From positions 1,024,001 through 1,088,000 of the forward strand of contig OZ242365.1 of NCBI GenBank assembly GCA_965208905.1: 64,000 nucleotides of DNA, given 5' to 3'. The position numbers and the translations under genes were made by a program. This document shows, piece by piece, positions 19,630 through 29,123 of this stretch. Position 1 is the stretch's first letter. Each line of letters starts with the position of its first letter. The notes beneath the pieces were generated by a model. That model was not told where the DNA came from and did not search any database. It worked only from the letters and a program-made list of their open reading frames with translations. The stretch comes from Nitrosopumilaceae archaeon (GTDB lineage: Archaea; Thermoproteota; Nitrososphaeria; Nitrososphaerales; Nitrosopumilaceae).

Positions 19630-20994
19630 ATGGCAGGCATTAAGAATAGAACCATATTCACAGGGGATAATCTAGAGATATTACGTGGCTTTCCAGACGA
19701 ATTTGTAGATTTGATATATCTAGACCCACCGTTTAACTCCAAACATAACTATGCCGCTCCAATAGGTTCAAAGGCAGCCGGGGCCGCATTCAAGGATACG
19801 TGGAATCTAAGTGATATTGACTTGGCATGGTGGGGCGAGATCCAATGTACGAGTCCAACTGTATACAAGGTGCTTGAGATGGCCCGTGCAACGGCGGGAA
19901 AGTCAGCAATGTCGTATTTGATTTACATGGCAATACGCATATTGGAGTTACATAGAGTTTGCAAATCAACAGGTTCATGTTATATTCACTGTGATTCGAC
20001 TATGTCCCACTATTTGAAGATGGTACTTGATGCAATATTTGGCATTAAGAATTTTCGCAATGAGATACTCTGGAAACGGTTTAGTGCGCATAATGATGGC
20101 CGAAGGTATGGCAAGGTAACTGATACTCTATTATTCTATGCTAAGACATGTACACATACATGGAATAGAGTTTATACTCCATACTCAGATGAATATATAC
20201 AATCAAGTTACCGCGATGAGGATGAACTGGGCCGTTACACGCATAGAGCCTTAACAGCAGAAGGGCTATCGGGGGGAGGGTATGAGTATGAATTTCATGG
20301 ACATCATCGTATTTGGAAGAGATCTTTGGAATCCATGCAGCGATTAGAAAGTGAAGGAAAAATACACTTTCCGAAAAAGAGTGGAGGTGTGCCTAGATAC
20401 AAGATATATCTTAAAGATGCTCTAGGCATACCTTTACAAAATATTTGGACAGACATACCCATTGTAGGCGGTAATGAAAAACTACATTACCCAACTCAAA
20501 AACCCCTCGCCCTACTGGAACGTATTATCAAAGCATCAAGTAATGAGGGGGATATTGTATTGGATCCATTTTGTGGATGTGCTACAGCTTTGAGCGCGGC
20601 AGAGAAGTTAGATCGGCAATGGATAGGTATAGACATATCTACAAAAGCGTATGATTTGCTCAAAGACCGTCTTGTCAGAGAGGCGGGCCTTGACAAGTAC
20701 ACTAAAGGGGCGGGTATACTAATACACCGCACCGACATTCCAATACGCAAGGGCAGGCGGTCTAAAGACATCAAAGACACTCTATACGGTAAACAGAGGG
20801 GGCGGTGCAATCTCTGCCCTCACTGGTTTGAGTACAGACAAATGGACGTGGATCATATCATACCCAAGTCCAAGGGTGGGGCAAATGATGATGCAAACTT
20901 ACAGTTGTTATGCAACAACTGTAACAAGATCAAGGGTAATCGCACTATGGCAGAGGCAAGGGCAATACTCAAAGAAAGAGGGCTTATCGAGTAA
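19630..20994 (+). CDS. N6/N4 DNA methyltransferase fused to a C-terminal HNH endonuclease domain
   Basis: IYLDPPFNS (motif IV), YPTQKP, DPFCGCAT (motif I); then CNLC..DVDHIIPKSKGG..NLQLLCNNCNKIK HNH. Confidence 0.92.
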   Translation: MAGIKNRTIFTGDNLEILRGFPDEFVDLIYLDPPFNSKHNYAAPIGSKAAGAAFKDTWNLSDIDLAWWGEIQCTSPTVYKVLEMARATAGKSAMSYLIYMAIRILELHRVCKSTGSCYIHCDSTMSHYLKMVLDAIFGIKNFRNEILWKRFSAHNDGRRYGKVTDTLLFYAKTCTHTWNRVYTPYSDEYIQSSYRDEDELGRYTHRALTAEGLSGGGYEYEFHGHHRIWKRSLESMQRLESEGKIHFPKKSGGVPRYKIYLKDALGIPLQNIWTDIPIVGGNEKLHYPTQKPLALLERIIKASSNEGDIVLDPFCGCATALSAAEKLDRQWIGIDISTKAYDLLKDRLVREAGLDKYTKGAGILIHRTDIPIRKGRRSKDIKDTLYGKQRGRCNLCPHWFEYRQMDVDHIIPKSKGGANDDANLQLLCNNCNKIKGNRTMAEARAILKERGLIE

Positions 20995-21251
20995 TGGGGT
21001 TAAGGGAGTTGGGGGTATTAATTGGCTTAATTGTTGTAATGGTCATAGTGGCTATTTTAACTGCACTATGTGAATTTATGTCATCACAATCAAATTTAGA
21101 AGGTCTGTGGGCCGAGACTCATGAACGAAATTTATCAATTATCTGTTTTGTTGCTAACATGTTTAAGAATGACACAGCGGTGGAACAATCGCAAAATATT
21201 ATCACCATACAAAGGTATGATAACACACAAACCCACAATCAGTCTTGCTAA
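20994..21251 (+). CDS. Small hypothetical membrane protein (IS1595 passenger)
   Basis: Coupled to the MTase stop codon; N-terminal TM; overlaps an antisense ORF. Confidence 0.4.
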   Translation: MGLRELGVLIGLIVVMVIVAILTALCEFMSSQSNLEGLWAETHERNLSIICFVANMFKNDTAVEQSQNIITIQRYDNTQTHNQSC

Positions 21252-21422
21252 ATCATCTTGCCACCACTCTATTTGTGACGGCCCGCCAATCTGAACTCCC
21301 AAGATAGGAATTGTTAGGAATAAACCTAAGGCCAATCCAAAAAATATTACTGGTTTGCGTATGGATGTTGATCCCATAATTAAGTTAAAGTTAAAGATCA
21401 AATAAGTGTTACTGTTATGCAA
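21135..21422 (-). CDS. Small hypothetical two-TM protein (IS1595 passenger)
   Basis: Follows the transposase stop; two hydrophobic segments. Confidence 0.45.
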   Translation of the reverse strand: MHNSNTYLIFNFNLIMGSTSIRKPVIFFGLALGLFLTIPILGVQIGGPSQIEWWQDDLARLIVGLCVIIPLYGDNILRLFHRCVILKHVSNKTDN

Positions 21423-22377
21423 TCAACGCTTCATAAGTAAGCCTCTTTCCCATCATACCTCTAACTAGACTTACCATCATGTCTATTGTGTCTAGATTCC
21501 GAATGTTTAGCCGTCCTGCAAACTCGTTAACATACCTGTGTAGATGCTTTGCCGATATGTGATGAAACGTGCCGTAATAGCCACGCTTTAACAAAGCCCA
21601 GAAAGACTCTATGCCGTTGGTATGCGCCATGCCGTTTACATATTGACTAACGGAATGGTTAACCGTTTCATGATTAGGTAGGTTTTGGTATGCCCTACTC
21701 TCGTCCGTATAATGGGTTGCTCCCGTCTTGGTGTTTTGTTCAATAAATTTACCAAGACGGGCAGCGGTTGTATCCGGTACGGGTTCGGCTCTGATGTTAC
21801 CTGTCTTTCTATCTTTGATTCCAACCACGGCGGTTTTGTTGGCGCCGCCTTGACTGTGTGGGGTTTTCTTGTCTGCATGCTTGTTGGATTCCTTGCCTCC
21901 GAAATATGCCTCGTCAATTTCGACTGGGCCTTCCATCTTGTCTGTACCTGCCAGTGTATGCCATGATTCACGTAACCTTTGTACCATGAACCATGCCGAC
22001 TTTTGGGTTATGCCCAAATCCCTATGCAGTTTCATTGAACTAATACCCTTAACGTTGGTCATGAACTGATATGTTGCAATGGCCCATTGTTGATATGTCA
22101 TATGGGATTGTTCCATGATTGTTCCTACCTTGACACTAAACCGCTTGTGGCAATTCCCCACACCTGCACAGTAATACGGCATCTTTTTGTACTTTGTTTT
22201 TTTGATGTTGGTATTACCACAAAACGGGCAGCATGGCTTATCGTCCCAAATTGTACGTTCAAACCACTTTTCGGCGGCATCATCATCAGGAAATATCTTG
22301 AATAGTTTTGCAAGCGTTATTCCTTCACGGTGACTTTTACCGGGTGCTTGTTGGCTCATAGTATACCTTAGAAACAT
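21415..22377 (-). CDS. IS1595-family transposase
   Basis: N-terminal CPFC zinc ribbon, VEIDEAYFGG, YTDE, VNHS, HTNGIESFW; likely start 22359. Confidence 0.95.
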   Translation of the reverse strand: MFLRYTMSQQAPGKSHREGITLAKLFKIFPDDDAAEKWFERTIWDDKPCCPFCGNTNIKKTKYKKMPYYCAGVGNCHKRFSVKVGTIMEQSHMTYQQWAIATYQFMTNVKGISSMKLHRDLGITQKSAWFMVQRLRESWHTLAGTDKMEGPVEIDEAYFGGKESNKHADKKTPHSQGGANKTAVVGIKDRKTGNIRAEPVPDTTAARLGKFIEQNTKTGATHYTDESRAYQNLPNHETVNHSVSQYVNGMAHTNGIESFWALLKRGYYGTFHHISAKHLHRYVNEFAGRLNIRNLDTIDMMVSLVRGMMGKRLTYEALIA

Positions 22378-23449
22378 GGATTATATAAAGATTGTTACAA
22401 AGTATATAATTCCCAAAATTATGTCCGCTAGTCATTTGACTTCGCCTCCATCCAGTTGGGGCCCTTTGCCTTGGTCTTCTCGGCCGCTTTCTTGGCCGAG
22501 AACGCCTTGAGCGAAGTCTCGTAGTTGGCTATGTCCAGCGAAAAGTGGAGTCGCCTCTTGTTGTAATGCTGGATATACTCGGGCAGGCTCTCGTAGTGAC
22601 CTATCTCTTCCTCGATGGTTCTGTGGAACCGCTCAAGCTTCCCGTTCATCTGGGGGTGGCATGGTCTTGAGTTCATCAACTCGATACCCCTACCCAAGAG
22701 CTCCTCCTCGAACGCGGTGGACTTCCAGGATCCTTTGGGGTTGCCCTTGCGCATGCCCACAAAGCAAGATCTATTGTCCGACAGGATGGTAGCCGGCGTT
22801 CCGAACCGCCTAATTGTTTACTGGAGCGCCACCACGGCGTTCTCCGAGGTAGCCTAAGTGAACCGGCTCGCCCCGGTCACGCATCTTGAGGCATCGTCCA
22901 GGAATGTGATGAGACAAAGCCCACTCATACGCGAACTCTTCATGACGTGCCAGTTGGTGTACCACATGGAGTTGGAGTGCTTACGCTCGTATCGCACCCA
23001 CTTATGCTTTCGTGACTTTGCTTCGGATGGTGCGACTCGCTCACTCTCCTTCATAATCAGGATACTCGCTGGTAGATTATATTATGACCCGCTCTGCGCA
23101 GGCTTATTGCCGTGCGTACCACGCCTACCTCCTCCAACTGGTAGGCGTCCAGTACCAACTGTACCTCATCCGGCGACGGCGATAGCAGGGCGGGCCTGCC
23201 CGGAGTGCGCGGAATAGGCGCGGATCCGGTCTTGCGGAACTTGGCGTACGGCCTCCGAATGTGCCTTGATGTCACTCCGAGCTCGGCGGCCACCACAGAA
23301 GATCTCCTGCCTTTCTCAAGTTGGTTTATGGCGTACCGGATGGACTTTGCCGTAAGACGCTTTGCCATATTTTTTCTTGATCGATACAGCGTATAATGCT
23401 CCTTTATGGTGCGCTTGATCTTAGTCGGACCTAATTTCCGTACAATAGA

Positions 23450-23820
23450 ACAAGGTCAGGATAGGGGAGAATTATTAAATCAGTACGAATTCACTAGAAC
23501 CGTAAAATGACTGCAAAGGCATACCGCAACAGGATAACAAATATCAAATATCAATTAGGGTGAGTACTAAACATGCATGCAAGCGTGTGTAACGGAGGTA
23601 ATTAATGGGCAAAAAAGAGACACTACTTTTTAAGAGAGTGTTGGAATATATAGATCACGAGGCAAACGGTGAGGTTAGCTCGGACGGTTTAAGTCGTTAA
23701 TGACTATTTGGGAGCCGGTCATGAGAGCACCATGAGTGTAATCATTTATCCCCTTCTGACCAGTGATAATATTGGAAAATGATTTTTTCAAGCATAATAA
23801 TTTATGTATATGCTCAGGTA
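23450..23820. repeat. ~370-bp non-coding repeat, copy B (inverted, uninterrupted)
   Basis: Inverted match to 18858-19051 plus 19377-19558. Confidence 0.9.
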
Positions 23821-24609
23821 GGTTCCTCCTGCAAGGACTAGTGGTGATCTAAATGACTTAGATTCGGACCAAAATTCGCCTCAAACCGGACATGCGCAGG
23901 TCGTCATAATTCATTTTTGGCCGGTTTTTACCAAGTCCCACTCAGATGGGGCATATGCGGAGGCAAAAATCCATACTGTATCATGGTGTCGGGCATTCGC
24001 GGTACATTACGCAGCGGATACGGCGTTCTGTATGAGCGTCAGCCACTTGTCTGTACCCTGTATGTCTATGCCGGCAGAGCCCCACTTGTCCCCCACGCAC
24101 GGCGGCTTAATGGTCTTGGCATACTCGTCTGCCACACTGGAATAGTGCTCCAGGGTTCTGGTTATGCTGTCCACGTGTACCTCCACTCCCAGATGTTTGA
24201 GCGTCACCTGAATGTTGGGCACCATCTGGGTTGCGGCAGCATATACCAGTCAGAAATGTAATCCGTGTGGCTACACCCACAAGGACAACCGGGATGGTAG
24301 AAAATTCTTGTGTAAACGGCGTGGCCATACACGTCATGCTGACTGTAATGCGGGCGCCAACATAGAGGATGCGGGACTAAAAAAGTTGGGTCCAGAGGCC
24401 ATGCATGGTCAACTAAACTTACGAAACTTGTCGGACCATGCCGGCAACACCCATGTTAAGGAGTATCTGGGCGTGAGGGTTCTTGCATCAACTCCCCTGA
24501 GAAACGTCAAGCACAGACTGGGAAACGAGATGCTCTACGCACCGTCGCTCTCTGGCGTGACGTGTAATGTATTGTAGATGCGGGAACCCCCGTGTTTGCA
24601 GTAGAAACC
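23821..24609. mobile_element. Decayed IS6-like TIR element with DDE-transposase and tnpB remnants
   Basis: Ends GGTTCCTCCTGCAA / GGTTTCTACTGCAA (12/14); minus-strand fragment ...KPPCVGDKW...; plus-strand tnpB C-terminus. Confidence 0.6.
24212..24577 (+). pseudogene. tnpB: tnpB C-terminal remnant
   Basis: AAYTSQKCNPCG..FLCKRRG..HADCNAGANI; RuvC-I/II absent and last Zn Cys lost. Confidence 0.85.
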
Positions 24610-24714
24610 CGTACAATCTCTGTATAATCAGAGAATTCTACAAAATGATTAAACCAAAAAGTTGAAAAGTTTTGAGTTTATACCATATTACCGTAAATAT
24701 TATACAATATGTAA

Positions 24715-25029
24715 ATGATGTTTAGACTGCTAAACCATAGAATATCACAACTTCAGAGAAACCTGCAACCTGACATACTTGAGTACTGGCATACACAAAT
24801 CATACATGATGCCCAAGATATGGCTCCTCCCTGGCTGCAGGACAAGATATCTGTAAAGCAGGACCCTTATCTTCCCATGAAGTTTAATCTGAACATATCA
24901 AAGCGTGCAATATCATATTATATGATGGCTTTAAACCAAAACCTACCACAAATGCCACTATCTACACAACTATACTTTCTAAAGGTGACCGAGTGCCTAA
25001 ATGATGAGATAGACCAGCAACTAGTCTAA
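24715..25029 (+). CDS. Hypothetical protein
   Basis: 104-aa ORF with an upstream AT-rich promoter-like region. Confidence 0.55.
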   Translation: MMFRLLNHRISQLQRNLQPDILEYWHTQIIHDAQDMAPPWLQDKISVKQDPYLPMKFNLNISKRAISYYMMALNQNLPQMPLSTQLYFLKVTECLNDEIDQQLV

Positions 25030-25031
25030 CG

Positions 25032-28000
25032 CTATCCTATACCTATGCGCAGGCCTTGTCCGTCTATGTCTATATCCTTGTATTTTAATTTGGATGATGA
25101 TGTAAATGTCACTACTCTAACTCGTACTATGGCTGACAAGTCAAACTGTCCAGACTCTACCAAACCAATAGATGTATCATCAAGGCCTATCACTGAGGCC
25201 TCATCAAGTATGTCGGTGGGATTATACCCTGCCTCTTTGCGGAGATTCTGTATCTGTCGGGCTACATCCCGAAGGCGCCAGCGAGATACTGTGGCATCAT
25301 CACTCTTTGTGGATACAAAGACGATGTGCCCGTCTTTTGTGGCAGATTGGTAGCCTTCTGCCGGCTCATATCCTATTATAAAGTCAGAAACATCTAATGA
25401 TATCTCCTTATCATCCATCGAAAATGTGTAGTGCCCCCTCTTTAACGACTCTACTATTGTGTCCGGGCTGGTCTGGCTAAACTCTCTACTTAGACGCGGC
25501 ATATCGCCCTTCAAGCGAGGCCCTAACTTCTTTCTGTCTAGTGACACTGTGGGGACCACTGGCATCTTTATCTGGCGCATCTGTATGTATCCCTCTAAAC
25601 CATCTACTATGTCTCTATGTTCTATTGGGCGTAGCACCTCTACATTCATTCTCTCTTTGAGATATGCCTGTAGCGTATCTACCGACTCTTTGTTGGCCGG
25701 TACTACGACTAGCGCTTCACGAAGGGGCCAACGTCTCTTTAGTTTTGCACGGGCACGCGCGGCTGCAGTTGCCGTAAGTATGGACTTCATGGAGTCAAAA
25801 GCATCCTCTATATCTTTATTGATCATTTCATGATTTATGGTGGGCCACTCTTGCAGCAGTATGGAATCCGAACCACCAAATGCCTCCCTGTACAGGTATT
25901 CACTAAAGAACGGACAGAAGGGGTGTATCATGATGTCTAGAGTCTTGAGACATCTGCCTATGACTGCGTAGATTGCCTCCCGCCTACGTCTCTGGGATGC
26001 GTCATCCTCCCAAAGCTGGCCTCGGACACTGGGTATATACGATTGACTTAGAGAGTTTATCATGAATTCTTCGATGGATTTTGCCGCCTCATGAAATCTA
26101 CACTGATCTATCTTTTCAGTTACCACACGTATGGTGTGTTGCAGCTTGGACAGTATCCATATATCTGGATGGTCCAACAGAGACTCATCCTTGGCCCACT
26201 GCACATCATGTGTTGCATCATAACTGTCATACTCGCTGTTCTGTATATAATACAGGTGTAGATTGTACAGGGTACTGAGTATCTGGTATGGTCTGGATGT
26301 CATCTCTGATGGTGAAAAATTTAATGGCTCCACAGGACTGGCCTTCCACATAAAGTAGAGCCGGACCAAGTCCACAGGATTCTCTTTTAATAGATCTTTT
26401 GCTGGTATCACATTGCCCAAACTCTTACTCATCTTGCCGCCCCGCTCATCTAGAACGTGCCCTTGGAACAAGAACGATTTATACGGTGATGTGCCGTTTA
26501 ATATGACGTTCTCGACTAATAGTGTATACGCCCACCCCCTTGTCTGGTCTATCCCTTCAGTGAAGAATGGTGCTGGTATGTCTCTATTATATTCATCATT
26601 GTTTAGTGATGCAAATGGCGCCGCACCACTGTTGTGCCATGTATCTAGCACGTACTGTTCTCGGACTGTATTGTAACTGTTACATCTCTTACATCGTGTG
26701 CGTATCTTGTCAATCCATGGACGGTGCAGCTCAAAATTACTTCCATCCGGAAGCGATTCGGCATTCTGTATTATGTCGTCTTTGGTGTAGTACCATGTCT
26801 TTGCTGAGCAGTCATTACAGTGCCAGACCGGCATAGGGCAACCCCAATACCTCTCTCTGGATATGCACCATGGATGCTCCTCACCTACGATGCTCAAAAA
26901 TCTATTCTTTGGGGCGTCAAAAAAGTATCTTACATGCTGGGCTGCATGTAGTGTTTTGGAGTCTAGCCGGTCTAACTTATAAAACCAGCCACGACGGGCC
27001 AACCACACTATGGGGTGCTTTGATCTCCAACAGAGTGGATACTTGTGGTTAATTTTGCCAATCTTGACTAGCGACTTTACATCTTTTAGATCCGACACTA
27101 TGATATCATCTGCATCCCGTACAAAGAGTGTACTGTATGCCCCCGCCTCGGATGTAAATCTGACACGCTCATCTATGGGACAGAATATCTCTATGTTGCG
27201 ACGATGAGCTATCTGTATATCATCCTCACCATTGGCAGGCGCCAAGTGTACAAGACCCGTCCCAGCATCCACATCTACAAACGATTCGGCTACTGCTATA
27301 TGGTATGTACCTCTGGATATGAGATTATCAAGTTCGGGGATCTTGTGTAGCAGTGGATGTATGTAGCGCTTACCCTCAAATACAGAGCCTGGCACTACTT
27401 TGACTATATCGTATCCTGTTATGTTTATCTCCTCCATGAATGTTTCTAATCGTCGCTGCGCAATCACCCACTCTTCATCATATCTGTGTATGTGCACTAT
27501 ACAGTACATCTCATCTGGGTGAAGTCCCACCATAGCATCGGTTACCAAGGTAAATGGCATAGTCGTCCACACGACTAGATGTATATCTTCATCGACTAGC
27601 TTTACCTTATAGTATAAGGAGGGGTCTGTCACTGTATCGTATCCTTGGTTTACTTCGGCATGACTCAATGAGGTCTGGCAGCCGGGACAGTATCCTATCA
27701 CTGTGTGGTCGTCCTCTAGTATGCCTGATTCGTGAGCTTTCTTTAGTACCTGCCACTCCCGCTCTATGTATTCATCTGTATACGTCCAGTAGGATTTACT
27801 ATGATCCATACCCATTCCCATGAGATCGTCTACCTCCTCCCACTCTGCATTATATCTGGATACGATAGCCTTGCACTGTTCTACCAATCTCTCTACGCCT
27901 ATGCTGCCCTCGATGGCACTCTTGTCACCAGCAACCCCTAACTCCTTCTCTGCCTGCAACTCCACTGGCAACCCCTGAGTGTCCCAACCTCCGTAAAAGA

Positions 28001-28247
28001 GTACCTTTTTGCCCGTAAGCGTTGTATATCTATACCATAAATCCTTGATTATTCGTCCCCGCAGGTGGCCTGCGTGGGGACTGCCGTTCAACGTTGGCGG
28101 ACCCTCAATGAAACGGACTGTATCTCGGTCAGACTCGCTTAGCACACATTGAGTCTTTGGAATGTCTGCGTATATGCGACCCATCTTTTGTACATCTTTG
28201 GGATCAAATTTTACCGGAATTGTCATGTATAGAACCCAAATAATCAC
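25032..28247 (-). CDS. ileS: Isoleucine--tRNA ligase
   Basis: EGPPTLNGSPHAGH, GWDTQGLPVE, WTTMPFTL, WCISRERYWG, EGIDQTRGW, KMSKS. Confidence 0.95.
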   Translation of the reverse strand: MIIWVLYMTIPVKFDPKDVQKMGRIYADIPKTQCVLSESDRDTVRFIEGPPTLNGSPHAGHLRGRIIKDLWYRYTTLTGKKVLFYGGWDTQGLPVELQAEKELGVAGDKSAIEGSIGVERLVEQCKAIVSRYNAEWEEVDDLMGMGMDHSKSYWTYTDEYIEREWQVLKKAHESGILEDDHTVIGYCPGCQTSLSHAEVNQGYDTVTDPSLYYKVKLVDEDIHLVVWTTMPFTLVTDAMVGLHPDEMYCIVHIHRYDEEWVIAQRRLETFMEEINITGYDIVKVVPGSVFEGKRYIHPLLHKIPELDNLISRGTYHIAVAESFVDVDAGTGLVHLAPANGEDDIQIAHRRNIEIFCPIDERVRFTSEAGAYSTLFVRDADDIIVSDLKDVKSLVKIGKINHKYPLCWRSKHPIVWLARRGWFYKLDRLDSKTLHAAQHVRYFFDAPKNRFLSIVGEEHPWCISRERYWGCPMPVWHCNDCSAKTWYYTKDDIIQNAESLPDGSNFELHRPWIDKIRTRCKRCNSYNTVREQYVLDTWHNSGAAPFASLNNDEYNRDIPAPFFTEGIDQTRGWAYTLLVENVILNGTSPYKSFLFQGHVLDERGGKMSKSLGNVIPAKDLLKENPVDLVRLYFMWKASPVEPLNFSPSEMTSRPYQILSTLYNLHLYYIQNSEYDSYDATHDVQWAKDESLLDHPDIWILSKLQHTIRVVTEKIDQCRFHEAAKSIEEFMINSLSQSYIPSVRGQLWEDDASQRRRREAIYAVIGRCLKTLDIMIHPFCPFFSEYLYREAFGGSDSILLQEWPTINHEMINKDIEDAFDSMKSILTATAAARARAKLKRRWPLREALVVVPANKESVDTLQAYLKERMNVEVLRPIEHRDIVDGLEGYIQMRQIKMPVVPTVSLDRKKLGPRLKGDMPRLSREFSQTSPDTIVESLKRGHYTFSMDDKEISLDVSDFIIGYEPAEGYQSATKDGHIVFVSTKSDDATVSRWRLRDVARQIQNLRKEAGYNPTDILDEASVIGLDDTSIGLVESGQFDLSAIVRVRVVTFTSSSKLKYKDIDIDGQGLRIGIG

Positions 28248-28546
28248 TGTTATAAAGGATATATATTGTGCCTATGAAGTACAACCAAAACTATTATATG
28301 CCCACTTGATGTGACGGAACAGTCAGCAGCATTATCTCTGCGCCGCACTTATGCCTTTTGGCCACCCCGTATCCCTATATGGCCATGTTCCCAGGTGGGT
28401 CACCTGTAGGAGGCAGAGCGCGTGCCGGCTAGGGCAATCAGATTTACCACTCTCAGGCCGGTAGGCAGACTGCATCCGGGCCGACCCTGATTATGCCATC
28501 CAGATCATCCGAATATATGGAACCGGTGTAGAACAGGAAGATTAAA

Positions 28547-28960
28547 TTGTCAGCGAAGCCCAGCATGATCATGGCTGGTGACCAACCTTCACTTGTGAGT
28601 CTGATATCAGACATTCTGGAGGTGCCCGACGTACTGTTCGTGGTGAAGAGCGGTGCGGCCGTCGCCGAGATACGTGGCGATTCTCTAGATGTCTCCTACA
28701 AGAACAACTGGATCACTGTGGGCGACAACAATGGACCTGCTCATATGCACATAAACATGACCGGCGTCTCGTCGGTACGGTTCGTCCAAGAAGAGAAGCC
28801 AACGCGCACCAGCTACAGCGTGCAGCTCACGGACGACTCGGGCGAGCGCATACTGGCGGCATTCTTCACGAAGATGTATGATTCGGAGATGAAACTCCGA
28901 CCGGACAGGGTGGGTACATACGAATTACTGGAGAAAGAATGGGGCAATAAGATGAGTTAA
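28547..28960 (+). CDS. ChuX/HutX-like heme-utilization carrier protein
   Basis: Length and motifs (HMHIN, FVQE, SYSVQL, AAFF) resemble the HutX/HemS fold. Confidence 0.6.
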   Translation: MSAKPSMIMAGDQPSLVSLISDILEVPDVLFVVKSGAAVAEIRGDSLDVSYKNNWITVGDNNGPAHMHINMTGVSSVRFVQEEKPTRTSYSVQLTDDSGERILAAFFTKMYDSEMKLRPDRVGTYELLEKEWGNKMS

Positions 28961-28985
28961 AAAAAAGAAATCATGTACACAAAAT

Positions 28986-29072
28986 GGTTCTTCCCGCAAG
29001 GATGGGTGATTGATCTAAATAATCCAGATCTGGACCGCAATTCGACCCAGACCGGGCATGCGCGGGCCGCCA
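28986..29072 (+). repeat. Solo IS6-like left end
   Basis: GGTTCTTCCCGCAAGG... homologous to 23821-23906. Confidence 0.7.
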
Positions 29073-29123
29073 GAGGAGACTCCGAGGGCCTTATGCTAGT
29101 GGGCACCCCCGACTGTTTTTGTC

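Larger units (their letters stand above)
19578..22414 (-). mobile_element. IS1595-family transporter IS with passenger genes
   Basis: 23-bp TIRs GGGAATTATATA(G/C)TTTGTAACAA; perfect 8-bp TSD AAAATTAT at 19570-19577 and 22415-22422. Confidence 0.93.
19559..23449 (-). pseudogene. Degenerate IS481-family element with IS1595 inserted in its terminal repeat
   Basis: Frameshifted transposase pieces at 22428-22760, 22854-23054 and 23057-23368; ends TGTAGTATATGAAAATTAT|GTCCG and CTAATTTCCGTACAATAGA. Confidence 0.85.

Noticed and set aside
28290-28545. SRP RNA or RNase P RNA
   Set aside because: No recognisable SRP helix-8 or RNase P GAGGAAAGTCC motifs on either strand
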